64,000 nt of DNA from the human T2T-CHM13v2.0 reference genome, Homo sapiens. Position numbers and translations under genes: made by a program. Of this stretch, positions 40,801 through 56,050 are shown in pieces (within the stretch, counting starts at the first letter, position 1; the number at the start of each line of letters is the position of its first letter). Under the pieces are notes generated by a model. That model did not search any database. It worked only from the letters and a program-made list of their open reading frames with translations, and had not been told where the DNA came from. The stretch is taken from NCBI RefSeq assembly GCF_009914755.1, contig NC_060940.1, one strand, 5' to 3'.

Positions 40801-43800
40801 TTCCATTCGACTCCATTCGATTATGATTTCATTCAATTCCATTCAATAATGATTCCCTTCGAGTCCATTCGATGATTCCATTCGATTCCATTCAACGATG
40901 ATTTGATTCGTTTCCATTCGATGATTCCATTTGATTCCACTTGATGATGATTCCATTCGAGTCCATTTGATGATTCCATTCGAGTCTATTTATGTATTAT
41001 ATTCGTGTCCACTTCATGATTCCATTCAATTCCATTTAATGTTGATTCCATTTGATTCCATTTGATGATTCAGTTCGATTCCTTGCTATGATTCCCTACG
41101 ATTCCTTTCTATTATGATTCCATTCGATTCCATTCATTGATGATTTCATTCGACTCCATTCGATGATGATTCCTTTCGATTCCATTTGACGATGTTTCCA
41201 TTCGAGTCCATTCGATGATGATTCTATTCAATTCTGTTCTATTATGATTCCATTCGATTTCATTCAATGCTTCTATTTGATTCCATTCGATGATGATTCC
41301 ATCTCTTTCCCTTCGATGATTCCATTTGATTCCATTCAGTGATGATTCCATTTGATTCCATCTGATGATGATTTCACTTGATTCCTTTCAATGATGATTC
41401 AATTCAAGTCCATTCGATGATTCCATTGGAGTCCAAACGATCATTCCGTTCGATTCCATTCAATGGTGATTCCATTCATGTCCATTCGATGAATCCATTC
41501 AATTCCATTCGATGATGACTCCATTCGAGTACATTCGATGATTCCATTTGATTCCATTTGAAGATGATTCCATTCAATTCCATTCGAAGATGATTCCATT
41601 CAATTCCATTCGATGATGATTCCGTATGAATCCATTCTCTGATTATTCCATTCGATTCCATTCATTGACGATTCCATTCAATTCCATTCAATGATGATTC
41701 TCTTCTATTCCATTCGATGATTCCGGTCGATTCCATTCGATGATGATTCCATTAGATTCCATTCGATTGTTGCATTCGATTCCCTTCGATGATGATTCCT
41801 TTGAATTCCATTCGATTATCATTCCGTATGAATCCATTTGATGATTATTCCATTGGATTCCTTTCGATGATGATTCCATTCGATTCCATTTGATGATGGT
41901 TCTCTTGTATTCCATTGGATAATTCCTTTCAGTTCCCTTCGATGATTATTCTTTCGAGTCAATTCGATGATTCTATTCCATTCCCTTCGATGATGATTCC
42001 ATTTCACTCCATTTGATGATTCCATTCGACTCAATTTGGTGATGATTCAATTCGATGACATTCGATGACTCCATTCAATTTCATTTGATGATGATTACAT
42101 TCGAGTCCATTTGATGATTGTATTCCTTTCCTTTTGATGATTATTCCATTCGTGTCTATTCAAAGGTTCCATTCTATTCCATTCAATGATGATTGCATTT
42201 GATTCCATTCAATGATTATGGCTATCGATTCCACTCGTTGATTCCATTTGATTCCGTTCGAGGATTATTCCGTTAGATTCCATTAGAAGATTCCATTCGA
42301 TTTTATTCAATGATTCCAATGGATTCCATTCAATGATGATTCCATTCGACTCCATTCAGTGATTCCATTCGAGTCCATTTGATGATTCCATTCTTTTCCA
42401 TTTGATGATGATTCCATTAGGGTCCATTCAATGATTCCATTCGAGTCCATTCGTTAATGCCTTTCGAGTCCTTTTGATCACTACATTCGAGTCCATTCAA
42501 TGATTCTATTCGATTCCATTCCATGATGATTCCATTCGAGTTCATTCGATGATTGCATTCGAGTCCATTTGATGATTCCATAAGATTCCATTCGACAATG
42601 ATTCCATTCGTGTCCATTTGATGATTCCATTCATTTCCTATCGATGAAGATTCCATTCGAGTGTATTCGATGATTCCATTCAAATCCATTCGATGATGAT
42701 TCCATTCCAGTCCATTCGATCATTCCACTTGATTCCATTTGATGACTATTCCATTCAAATCCATTTGATGATTCCATTCGATTCCATTCGATGTTACCAT
42801 TCCAGTATATACGATGATTCCACTCGATTCCATTTGATGATTATTCCATTGGAGTCGACTTAGTGAATCCTTTAGATTCTACTCGAAGATGATTCCATTC
42901 GAGTCCATTCGATGATACCATTCAATTCCATTCGTTGATGCTTCCATTCAAGTGCATTCGATGATATCATTCGATTCCATTTGATGATAATTCCATTTGA
43001 TTCCATGTGATGATTCTATTCCATTCCATTCAATGATAATTCCATTCAATTCAGTGATTCCTCTGGACTCCATTTGATGATGATTCCATTCAATGATTCC
43101 ATTCGATTCTATTCGAAAATGATTCCATTTGAATCCATTTGATGATGATTCCATTAGATTCCATTTGATGATTCCATTCGATTCCATTCGACGATGATTC
43201 CATTCGATTCCATTTGATGATTCCATTCTATTCTATTCGATGATGATTCCATTCGATTCCATTCGATGATGATTGGATTCGATTCCATTTGATGATTTCA
43301 TTTGATTCCATTCGATGATGATTTCGATCAATTCCATTCGATGATTCCATTCGATTCCATTTGATAATGATTACATCCGAGTCCATTCGATGATTCCATT
43401 TGAGCCCGTTCGATAATTCCATTTGAGTCCAATCAATGATTCCATTCATTTCCATTCAATGATTCCATTCGAGTCCATTTGATCATTCCGGTAGGGTCCG
43501 TTCGATGTTGATTCCATTGGAGTGCATTCGATGATTCCATTCGAGTCCATTTTAGGATTTGATTCGAGTCCTTTCGATGATTCCATTCGATTCCACTCGA
43601 TGCGATGATGATTTCATTCGAGTCCATTCGACACTTCCAATCGATTCCATTTGATGTTTCCATTCGACTCCAATTGATGATTCCATTCAATTCCATTCGA
43701 TGATGATTCCGTACGATTCCATTCTGTGATGATTCCATGTGATTGCATTCAATGATGATTCCTTTCGATTGCATTCGATTATGATTCATTTCGTGTTCAT

Positions 43801-46100
43801 TCTATGGTTCCACAGGTTTCACATCGTGTCCATTCCATTATTCCATTCTATTCCATTTGATGATGATTCCATTCGATTCCATTCATTGGTGATTCCACTC
43901 AATTCCATTCAATGATTCCATTCCATTTCTTTCAACAATGATTCCATTAGTTTCTAATCGATGATCCACTTGATTCCATTTGACGATGATTCCATTCTTG
44001 TCCATTCGATGATTCCATTTGATTCCATATGATGATGATTCCATTCGATTCCATACGATGATGATTCCATTCGAGTCCATTCAATGGTGATTCCATTCAA
44101 TTCCATTCGATGATTCCTTTCGATTCCATTTGATGATGATGGCATTCGATTCCTTTCAATCATTCCCTTTGATTCCACTCAAAGGTGGTTTCATTCAAGT
44201 CCATTCGATAATTGCATTCGATTCCATTCTATGATGATTCCATTCGAGTCCATTTGATGATTCCATTCAATTCAAGTCAATGATGATTCCATTCGATTCC
44301 ATTCGATGATTCCATTGGATTCCATTCGATGATGATTCCATTCAAATCCATTCGATAATTCAATTCACGTCCATTCGATGATGATTCCAATCGAATCCAT
44401 TCAAAGATTCCATTCAATTCCATTCGATGATTCCCTTAGATTCCATTCGATGATTCCACTTGATTCCATTTACGATGATTCCATTCGATTCCATGTGATG
44501 ATTCCATTCAATTCTATTCAATGATGTTTCCATTTGATTCCATTCGACCATGATTGCCTTTGATTCCATTCAATGATTCCATTCGGTTCCGTTTGATGAT
44601 GATTCCGTTCGATTCCATTTGATGATTCCATTTGATTCCATTGGATGAGTCCATTCGATTACATTCGATGATTATTCCATTCGAGTGCATTAGATGATTC
44701 CATTCGAGTCCATTCGATGATTCCATTCGAGTCCATTCGATGATTCCATTCGATTCCATTCGATGTTGATTCTGTTCAAATCCATTCGATGATTCCACTC
44801 GATTCCATTCGATGACTCCATTTGATCCCATTCGATGATTTCCTTTGATTCCCTTTGATGATCATTCCATTTGATTCAATTCGGTGATTTCATTTGATTC
44901 CATTCAGTGATGTTTCCATTCGACTCCATTCGATGATGATTCCATTCGACTACATTCGATTATGATTTCATTCAATTCCATTCGATAAAGATTCCCTTCG
45001 AGTCCAATCGATGATTCCATTCAATTCCATTCAACGATGATTTGATTCGTGTCCATTCGATGATTCCATTTGATTCCACTTGATGATGATTCCATTCGAG
45101 TCCATTTGATGATTCCATTCAATTCCATTCTCCGATGATTTCTTTTGAGCCCATTCAATGCTTCCACTCGATTACATATGATGATGACTCCATTCGATGA
45201 AACTCGATGATGATTCCATTCGCTTGCATTCGATGATGGTTCCACTTGAGTCCGTTAGAAGATTCTATTCAATTACATTCCATGACGATTCCGTTCGAGT
45301 CCATTTGATGATTCCATTACACTCCATTCGACAATGATTCCATTCAATGTTATTCGATGATTCCATTCGATCTCATTCGATGATGATTCCATTCAACTCC
45401 ATTCGATGTTTCCATTCGAGTTCATTCTATTATTCCATTAGATTCCATTCGATGATGATTCCATTCGATTCCATTTGATGATTGCATTCTATTTCATTTG
45501 ATGATGATTCCATTCGAGTCCATTCGATGATTCCATTCGAGTCCATTTAATGAATCCATTGGTTTCAATTCTATGATGATTATATTGGATTCCATTCGTT
45601 GATGATTTCATTCGATTCCATTCAATGATGATTCCATTCAATTCCATTCAATGATTCCATTCAATTCCATACGATGATGATTCCATTTGATTTGATTCGA
45701 CAGTGAGCCATTCGATTCAATTCCATGATGATACTATTTGATTCACTTGGTTGACATTTCCATTCGATTCCATTCGATGATGATTCCATTTGATTCCATT
45801 CAAAGATGATTCCATTCTAGCCCATTCAATCATTCCATTCGATTCTATTCAATGATGATTCCATTCATGTCGATTTGGTGATTCCATTTGACTTCATTTG
45901 ATGATGATTCCTTTCAAGTTCATTAGATGATTCCATTCGATTCCATTTGATGATGATCCCATTCGAGTCCATTCAGTGATTCCACTCGTTTCCATTCCAT
46001 GATGATTCCATTCCATTCCATTCAATGATTCCATTCGATTCCGTTTGATGATGATTTCATTCGAGTCCATTTGATGATTCCATTTGATTCCATTCGATGA
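37861..46100 (+). repeat. 8.3-kb tandem pair, copy A (~8,240 bp)
   Basis: 37921 aligns to 46161 (offset 8240). Downstream ORFs recur at +8289 (41112->49401, 42948->51237, 45894->54183). Confidence 0.88.
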
Positions 46101-49100
46101 TGATTCCATTCGAGTCCATTCGATCATTCCATTCGAGTCCATTTAATGATTCCATTGGGTTCAATTCAATGATGATTACATTGGATTCCGTTCTATGATT
46201 CCATTCAATTCCGTTCATTGACAATTTGATTCCATTCGATGATGATTCCATTTGAGTTCATTCGATGATTCTATTCGATTCTCTTCGATGGTGATTCAAT
46301 TCTATTATATTGGATGATTCCATTCGATTCCATTTGATGTTGATTCAATTCGATTCTATTCGATGATGATTCCATTGGATTTCACTTGATGATTCTATTC
46401 GATTCTATTCGATGATGATTCCATTAGATTTCACTTGATGATTCTATTCGATTCCATTCAATGATGATTCACTTCTCGTCCATTGGATGATTCCATTTCA
46501 TTCCATTCGATGATGATTCCATTCGATTCCATTCGATGATTCCATTTGATTCCATGCGACGGTGAGCAATTCGATTCAATTCCATGATGATTCTATTTGA
46601 TTCAATTAGATGATGTTTCCATTCGAATCCATTCCATGATTATTCCATTGGAATCCATTTGGCGATGCTTCCATATGAGTCAATTCAATGATGCTTCCAT
46701 ATGGGTCAGTTCGATGATAATTCCATTTGATTTCATTCAATGCTTCTATTCTATTCCAGTCGATGATGATTCCGTTGGAGTCCATACGATGATTCCATTT
46801 GATTTCATTTGATGATGATTCCATTCGATGATGATTACATTGGATTCCATTCTATGATACCATTCAATTCCATTCGTTGATGATTCGATTCCATTCAATG
46901 ATGATTCCATTTGAGTTCATTCGATGATTCTATTCGATTCCGTTCGATGGTGATTCAATTCTCTTATATTGGATGATTCCACTCGATTCCATTTGATGAT
47001 TATTCCATTGGAGTCCAATTAGTGAATCCTTTAGATTCTACTCGAAGATGATTCCATTCGAGTCCATTCAATGATACCATTCAATTTCATTCGTTGATGC
47101 TTCCATTCAAGTGCATTCGATGATATCATTCGATTCCATTTGATGATAATTCCATTTGATTCCATGCGATGATTCTATTCGATTCCATTCAATGATAATT
47201 CCATTCAATTCAGTGATTCCTCTGGACTCCATTTGATGATTATTCCATTCAATGATTCCATTCGATTCTATTCCAAAATGATTCCATTTGAATCCATTTG
47301 ATGATGATTCCATTAGATTCCATTTGATGATTCCATTCGATTCCATTTGACGATGATTCCATTCGATTCCATTTGATGATTCCATTCTATTCTATTCGAT
47401 TATGATTCCATTCGATTCCATTTGATGATGATTGGATTCGATTCCATTTGATGATTTCATTTGATTCCATTCGTTAATGATTTCGATCAACTCCATTCGA
47501 TGATTCCATTTGATTCCATTCGATAATGATTACATCCGAGTCCATTCGATGATTCCATTTGAGCCCGTTCGATAATTCCATTTGAGTCCAATCAATGATT
47601 CCATTCATTTCCATTCAATGATTCCATTCGAGTCCATTTGATCATTCTGGTAGGGTCCGTTCGATGTTGATTCCATTGGAGTGCATTCGATGATTCCATT
47701 CGAGTCCATTTTATGATTTGATTCGAGTCCTTTCGATGATTCCATTCGATTCCACTCGATGATGATTTCATTCGAGTCCATTCGACACTTCCAATCGATT
47801 CCATTTGATGTTTCCATTCGAGTCCAATTGATGATTCCATTCAATTCCATTCGATGATGATTCCGTAGGATTCCATTCTGTGATGATTCCATGTGATTGC
47901 ATTCAATGATGATTCCTTTCGATTGCATTCGATTATGATTCATTTCGTGTTCATTCTATGGTTCCACAGGTTTCCATTCGATGACGTTTCCGTTCGTGTC
48001 CATTCCATTATTCCATTCTATTTCATTTGATGATGATTCCATTCGATTCCATTCATTGGTGATTCCACTCAATTCCATTCAATGATTCCATTCCATTTGT
48101 TTCAACAATGATTCCCTTAGTTTCTATTCGATGATCCACTTGATTCCATTTGGCGATGATTCCATTCGTGTCCATTCGATGATTCCATTTGATTCCATAT
48201 GATGATGATTCCATTCGATTCCATACCATGATGATTCCATTCGAGTCCATTCAATGGTGATTCCATTCAATTCCATTCGATGATTCCTTCCGATTCCATT
48301 CGATGATGATGGCATTCGATTCCTTTCAATCATTCCCTTTGATTCCATTCAAAGGTGATTTCATTCAAGTCCATTCGATAATTGCATTCGATTCCATTCT
48401 ATGATGATTCCATTCGAGTCCATTTGATGATTCCATTCAATTCAAGTCAATGATGATTCCATTCGATTCCACTCGATGATTCCATTGGATTCCATTCGAT
48501 GATGATTCCATTCAAATCCATTCGATAATTCAATTCAAGTCCATTCGATGATGATTCCAATCGAATCCATTCAAAGATTCCATTCAATTCCATTCGATGA
48601 TGATTCCCTTAGATTCCATTCGATGATTCCACTTGATTCCATTTACGATGATTCCATTCGATTCCATGTGATGAATCCATTCAATTCTATTCAATGATGT
48701 TTCCATTTGATTCCATTGGACCATGATTGCCTTTGATTCCATTCAATGATTCCATTCGGTTCCATTTGATGATGATTCCGTTCGATTCCATTTCATTATT
48801 CCATTTGATTCCATTGGATGAGTCCATTCGATTACATTCGATGATTATTCCATTCGAGTGCATTAGATGATTGCATTCGAGTCCATTCGATGATTCCATT
48901 CGATTCCATTCGATGTTGATTCTGTTCAAATCCATTCGATGATTCCACTCGATTCCATTCGATGACTCCATTTGATCCCATTCGATGATTTCCTGTGATT
49001 CCCTTTGATGATCATTCTATTTGATTCAATTCGGTGATTTCATTTCATTCCATTCAGTGATGTTTCCATTCGACTGTATTCGATGATGATTCCATTCGAC

Positions 49101-52100
49101 TCCATTCGATTATGATTTCATTCAATTCCATTCAATAATGATTCCCTTCGAGTCCATTCGATGATTCCATTCGATTCCATTCAACGATGATTTGATTCGT
49201 GTCCATTCGATGATTCCATTTGATTCCACTTGATGATGATTCCATTCGAGTCCATTTGATGATTCCATTCGAGTCTATTTATGTATTATATTCGTGTCCA
49301 CTTCATGATTCCATTCAATTCCATTTAATGTTGATTCCATTTGATTCCATTTGATGATTCAGTTCGATTCCTTGCAATGATTCCCTACGATTCCTTTCTA
49401 TTATGATTCCATTCGATTCCATTCATTGATGATTTCATTCGACTCCATTCGATGATGATTCCTTTCGATTCCATTTGACGATGTTTCCATTCGAGTCCAT
49501 TCGATGATGATTCTATTCAATTCTGTTCTATTATGATTCCATTCGATTTCATTCAATGCTTCTATTTGATTCCATTCGATGATGATTCCATCTCTTTCCC
49601 TTCGATGATTCCATTTGATTCCATTCAGTGATGATTCCATTTGATTCCATCTGATGATGATTTCACTTGATTCCTTTCAATGATGATTCAATTCAAGTCC
49701 ATTCAATGATTCCATTGGAGTCCAAACGATCATTCCGTTCGATTCCATTCAATGGTGATTCCATTCATGTCCATTCGATGAATCCATTCAATTCCATTCG
49801 ATGATGACTCCATTCGAGTACATTCGATGATTCCATTTGATTCCATTGGAAGATGATTCCATTCAATTCCATTCGAAGATGATTCCATTCAATTCCATTC
49901 GATGATGATTCCGTATGAATCCATTCTCTGATTATTCCATTCGATTCCATTCATTGACGATTCCATTCAATTCCATTCAATGATGATTCTCTTCTATTCC
50001 ATTCGATGATTCCGGTCGATTCCATTCGATGATGATTCCATTAGATTCCATTCGATTGTTGCATTCGATTCCCTTCGATGATGATTCCTTTGAATTCCAT
50101 TCGATTATCATTCTGTATGAATCCATTTGATGATTATTCCATTGGATTCCTTTCGATGATGATTCCATTCGATTCCATTTGATGATGTTTCTCTTGTATT
50201 CCATTGGATAATTCCTTTCAGTTCCCTTCGATGATTATTCTTTCGAGTCAATTCGATGATTCTATTCCATTCCCTTCGATGATGATTCCATTTCACTCCA
50301 TTTGATGATTCCATTCGACTCAATTTGGTGATGATTCAATTCGATGACATTCGATGACTCCATTCAATTTCATTTGATGATGATTACATTCGAGTCCATT
50401 TGATGATTGTATTCCTTTCCTTTTGATGATTATTCCATTCGTGTCTATTCAAAGGTTCCATTCTATTCCATTCAATGATGATTGCATTTGATTCCATTCA
50501 ATGATTATGGCTATCGATTCCACTCGTTGATTCCATTTGATTCCGTTCGAGGATTATTCCGTTAGATTCCATTAGAAGATTCCATTCGATTTTATTCAAT
50601 GATTCCAATGGATTCCATTCAATGATGATTCCATTCGACTCCATTCAGTGATTCCGTTCGAGTCCATTTGATGATTCCATTCTTTTCCATTTGATGATGA
50701 TTCCATTAGGGTCCATTCAATGATTCCATTCGAGTCCATTCGTTAATGCCTTTCGAGTCCTTTTGATCACTACATTCGAGTCCATTCAATGATTCTATTC
50801 GATTCCATTCCATGATGATTCCATTCGAGTTCATTCGATGATTGCATTCGAGTCCATTTGATGATTCCATAAGATTCCATTCGACAATGATTCCATTCGT
50901 GTCCATTTGATGATTCCATTCATTTCCTATCGATGAAGATTCCATTCGAGTGTATTCGATGATTCCATTCAAATCCATTCGATGATGATTCCATTCCAGT
51001 CCATTCGATCATTCCACTTGATTCCATTTGATGACTATTCCATTCAAATCCATTTGATGATTCCATTCGATTCCATTCGATGTTACCATTCCAGTATATA
51101 CGATGATTCCACTCGATTCCATTTGATGATTATTCCATTGGAGTCGACTTAGTGAATCCTTTAGATTCTACTCGAAGATGATTCCATTCGAGTCCATTCG
51201 ATGATACCATTCAATTCCATTCGTTGATGCTTCCATTCAAGTGCATTCGATGATATCATTCGATTCCATTTGATGATAATTCCATTTGATTCCATGTGAT
51301 GATTCTATTCCATTCCATTCAATGATAATTCCATTCAATTCAGTGATTCCTCTGGACTCCATTTGATGATGATTCCATTCAATGATTCCATTCGATTCTA
51401 TTCGAAAATGATTCCATTTGAATCCATTTGATGATGATTCCATTCGATTCCATTTGATGATTCCATTCGATTCCATTCGACGATGATTCCATTCGATTCC
51501 ATTTGATGATTCCATTCTATTCTATTCGATGATGATTCCATTCGATTCCATTCGATGATGATTGGATTCGATTCCATTTGATGATTTCATTTGATTCCAT
51601 TCGATGATGATTTCGATCAATTCCATTCGATGATTCCATTCGATTCCATTTGATAATGATTACATCCGAGTCCATTCGATGATTCCATTTGAGCCCGTTC
51701 GATAATTCCATTTGAGTCCAATCAATGATTCCATTCATTTCCATTCAATGATTCCATTCGAGTCCATTTGATCATTCCGGTAGGGTCCGTTCGATGTTGA
51801 TTCCATTGGAGTGCATTCGATGATTCCATTCGAGTCCATTTTAGGATTTGATTCGAGTCCTTTCGATGATTCCATTCGATTCCACTCGATGCGATGATGA
51901 TTTCATTCGAGTCCATTCGACACTTCCAATCGATTCCATTTGATGTTTCCATTCGACTCCAATTGATGATTCCATTCAATTCCATTCGATGATGATTCCG
52001 TACGATTCCATTCTGTGATGATTCCATGTGATTGCATTCAATGATGATTCCTTTCGATTGCATTCGATTATGATTCATTTCGTGTTCATTCTATGGTTCC

Positions 52101-54389
52101 ACAGGTTTCACATCGTGTCCATTCCATTATTCCATTCTATTCCATTTGATGATGATTCCATTCGATTCCATTCATTGGTGATTCCACTCAATTCCATTCA
52201 ATGATTCCATTCCATTTCTTTCAACAATGATTCCATTAGTTTCTAATCGATGATCCACTTGATTCCATTTGACGATGATTCCATTCTTGTCCATTCGATG
52301 ATTCCATTTGATTCCATATGATGATGATTCCATTCGATTCCATACGATGATGATTCCATTCGAGTCCATTCAATGGTGATTCCATTCAATTCCATTCGAT
52401 GATTCCTTTCGATTCCATTTGATGATGATGGCATTCGATTCCTTTCAATCATTCCCTTTGATTCCACTCAAAGGTGGTTTCATTCAAGTCCATTCGATAA
52501 TTGCATTCGATTCCATTCTATGATGATTCCATTCGAGTCCATTTGATGATTCCATTCAATTCAAGTCAATGATGATTCCATTCGATTCCATTCGATGATT
52601 CCATTGGATTCCATTCGATGATGATTCCATTCAAATCCATTCGATAATTCAATTCACGTCCATTCGATGATGATTCCAATCGAATCCATTCAAAGATTCC
52701 ATTCAATTCCATTCGATGATTCCCTTAGATTCCATTCGATGATTCCACTTGATTCCATTTACGATGATTCCATTCGATTCCATGTGATGATTCCATTCAA
52801 TTCTATTCAATGATGTTTCCATTTGATTCCATTCGACCATGATTGCCTTTGATTCCATTCAATGATTCCATTCGGTTCCGTTTGATGATGATTCCGTTCG
52901 ATTCCATTTGATGATTCCATTTGATTCCATTGGATGAGTCCATTCGATTACATTCGATGATTATTCCATTCGAGTGCATTAGATGATTCCATTCGAGTCC
53001 ATTCGATGATTCCATTCGAGTCCATTCGATGATTCCATTCGATTCCATTCGATGTTGATTCTGTTCAAATCCATTCGATGATTCCACTCGATTCCATTCG
53101 ATGACTCCATTTGATCCCATTCGATGATTTCCTTTGATTCCCTTTGATGATCATTCCATTTGATTCAATTCGGTGATTTCATTTGATTCCATTCAGTGAT
53201 GTTTCCATTCGACTCCATTCGATGATGATTCCATTCGACTACATTCGATTATGATTTCATTCAATTCCATTCGATAAAGATTCCCTTCGAGTCCAATCGA
53301 TGATTCCATTCGATTCCATTCAACGATGATTTGATTCGTGTCCATTCGATGATTCCATTTGATTCCACTTGATGATGATTCCATTCGAGTCCATTTGATG
53401 ATTCCATTCAATTCCATTCTCCGATGATTTCTTTTGAGCCCATTCAATGCTTCCACTCGATTACATATGATGATGACTCCATTCGATGAAACTCGATGAT
53501 GATTCCATTCGCTTGCATTCGATGATGGTTCCACTTGAGTCCGTTAGAAGATTCTATTCAATTACATTCCATGACGATTCCGTTCGAGTCCATTTGATGA
53601 TTCCATTACACTCCATTCGACAATGATTCCATTCAATGTTATTCGATGATTCCATTCGATCTCATTCGATGATGATTCCATTCAACTCCATTCGATGTTT
53701 CCATTCGAGTTCATTCTATTATTCCATTAGATTCCATTCGATGATGATTCCATTCGATTCCATTTGATGATTGCATTCTATTTCATTTGATGATGATTCC
53801 ATTCGAGTCCATTCGATGATTCCATTCGAGTCCATTTAATGAATCCATTGGTTTCAATTCTATGATGATTATATTGGATTCCATTCGTTGATGATTTCAT
53901 TCGATTCCATTCAATGATGATTCCATTCAATTCCATTCAATGATTCCATTCAATTCCATACGATGATGATTCCATTTGATTTGATTCGACAGTGAGCCAT
54001 TCGATTCAATTCCATGATGATACTATTTGATTCACTTGGTTGACATTTCCATTCGATTCCATTCGATGATGATTCCATTTGATTCCATTCAAAGATGATT
54101 CCATTCTAGCCCATTCAATCATTCCATTCGATTCTATTCAATGATGATTCCATTCATGTCGATTTGGTGATTCCATTTGACTTCATTTGATGATGATTCC
54201 TTTCAAGTTCATTAGATGATTCCATTCGATTCCATTTGATGATGATCCCATTCGAGTCCATTCAGTGATTCCACTCGTTTCCATTCCATGATGATTCCAT
54301 TCCATTCCATTCAATGATTCCATTCGATTCCGTTTGATGATGATTTCATTCGAGTCCATTTGATGATTCCATTTGATTCCATTCGATGA
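46101..54389 (+). repeat. 8.3-kb tandem pair, copy B (~8,289 bp, including a 49-bp local duplication near 46390-46450)
   Basis: At ~46101-46125, sequence equivalent to canonical position ~10960 switches to sequence equivalent to 37861 onward. Confidence 0.88.
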
Positions 54390-56050
54390 TGATTCCATTC
54401 GAGTCCATTCGATGATTCTATTCGAATCCATTTGATGATTTCTTTTGATTATATTTGTTGATGATTCCATTGGAGTCCATTCAATGATTCCATTCGATTC
54501 CAATCGATGGTGGTTCCATTAGAGTCCATTTAATGATTCCATTTGATTCCAGTCTCTGATGATTACATTCGAGTCCATACGATGATTCCACTCAATTCCA
54601 TATGATGATGATTCCATTCGATTCCATTCGATGATTCCATTCTATTCTATTCAATGGTGATTCCATTCGAGTACATTAGATGATTCCATTCGATTCCATT
54701 CAATGATGATTCTATTTGTGTCCCTTAGATGATTCCACATGATTCCATTAGATGATGATACTACTTGAGCCCATCCAATCATTCCCTTCGATTCCATTCG
54801 ATGAGGATTCCATTCGATTCAATTCATTGGTGATTCTATTCAATTCAATTCTTTGATTCCATTCCATTCCATTCGACAATGATTCCATTCGATTTCTTTC
54901 GATGATTCCACTCGATTCCACTTGACATTGATTCCATTCGATTCCATTCAATGATTCCATTTGATTCCAGTGGATGATGATTGCCATCGATTCCATTTGA
55001 TCACTCCATTCTATTCCATTTGATGATGATTACATTCGATTCCATTTGATGATTCCATCTGATTCTATTCGAGGATTCCATTTGATTCCATTCGATGATG
55101 ATTCCATTCGAGTCCATTCGATGATTTCATTCGAGTACATCCAATGATTCCATTCGAGTCCATTTGATGATTCCATTTCATTCCATTTGATTATGATTCT
55201 ACTGGAGTCCATTCAATGACTCCATTCGAGTCCATTCAACAATTCCATCCGAGTCCATTCGATGATTCCATTCGTTTCCATTTGATGATTCCATTCGAGT
55301 CCATTTAATCATTACAGTCGAGTCCATTTGGTGATTCCACTGGATTTCTTTTGATAATGATACCATTCAATTACATTTGATGATGATCCCATTCAATTTC
55401 ATTTGATGATGATTCCATTAGAGTCCATTCCATGATTTCATTCGAGTCCCTTCATTGATTCCATCCGATTTCATTTCATGATGACTCCATTCGAGTCCAT
55501 TCGATGATTCCACTCGATTCCATTAGATGATTCCATTGGAGTCCATTTGATTGTTCCATTCGATTCCATTCGATTCCTTTCGAAGATTATTCCATTTGAG
55601 TCCATTCGATGATGATTCCATTCCATTCCATTCGATGATTCCGTTTGATTCCATTCGATGATTCCCTGCGATTCCTTTCTATGATGATTCCATTCCATTC
55701 CATTCAATGATTCCATTCGAATCTATTCCATGATGATTCCTTTCGATTCCATTCGCTGATGTTTCCGTTCAATTCCATTCGATGATGATTCCATTCGATT
55801 CCATTCATTGAGGATTCCATTGGATTCCATTCAATGATGATTCCATTCTATTCCATTCAATGATTGCATTCAATTCCATTCAATGATTATGCCATTAGAG
55901 TAAATTCAACGATTCCATTCAATACCATTCGATGATGATTCCTTTTGAGTCCATTCAATGATTTCATTCAAGTCCATTTGATGATTCCTTTCAATTCCAT
56001 TCCATGATGATTCCATTCGAGTCCATTCGATGATTCCATTCGATTGCATT

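Larger units (their letters stand above)
37492..56050 (+). repeat. Rearranged variant block (18,559 bp = 10,270-bp variant unit plus 8,289-bp duplication)
   Basis: It starts and ends in phase with the canonical unit, but the internal order differs. Offsets: 32678->42948 and 35624->45894 are 10270, 38818->47107 is 8289, and the tail at 54390-56050 matches copy-1 10953-12613 (offset 43437). Confidence 0.88.

Noticed and set aside
46597-46812. The only plus-strand ORF (71 aa)
   Set aside because: It is a chance stop-free stretch of satellite starting at TTG, and the track lists no equivalent ORF in the paralogous copy A.
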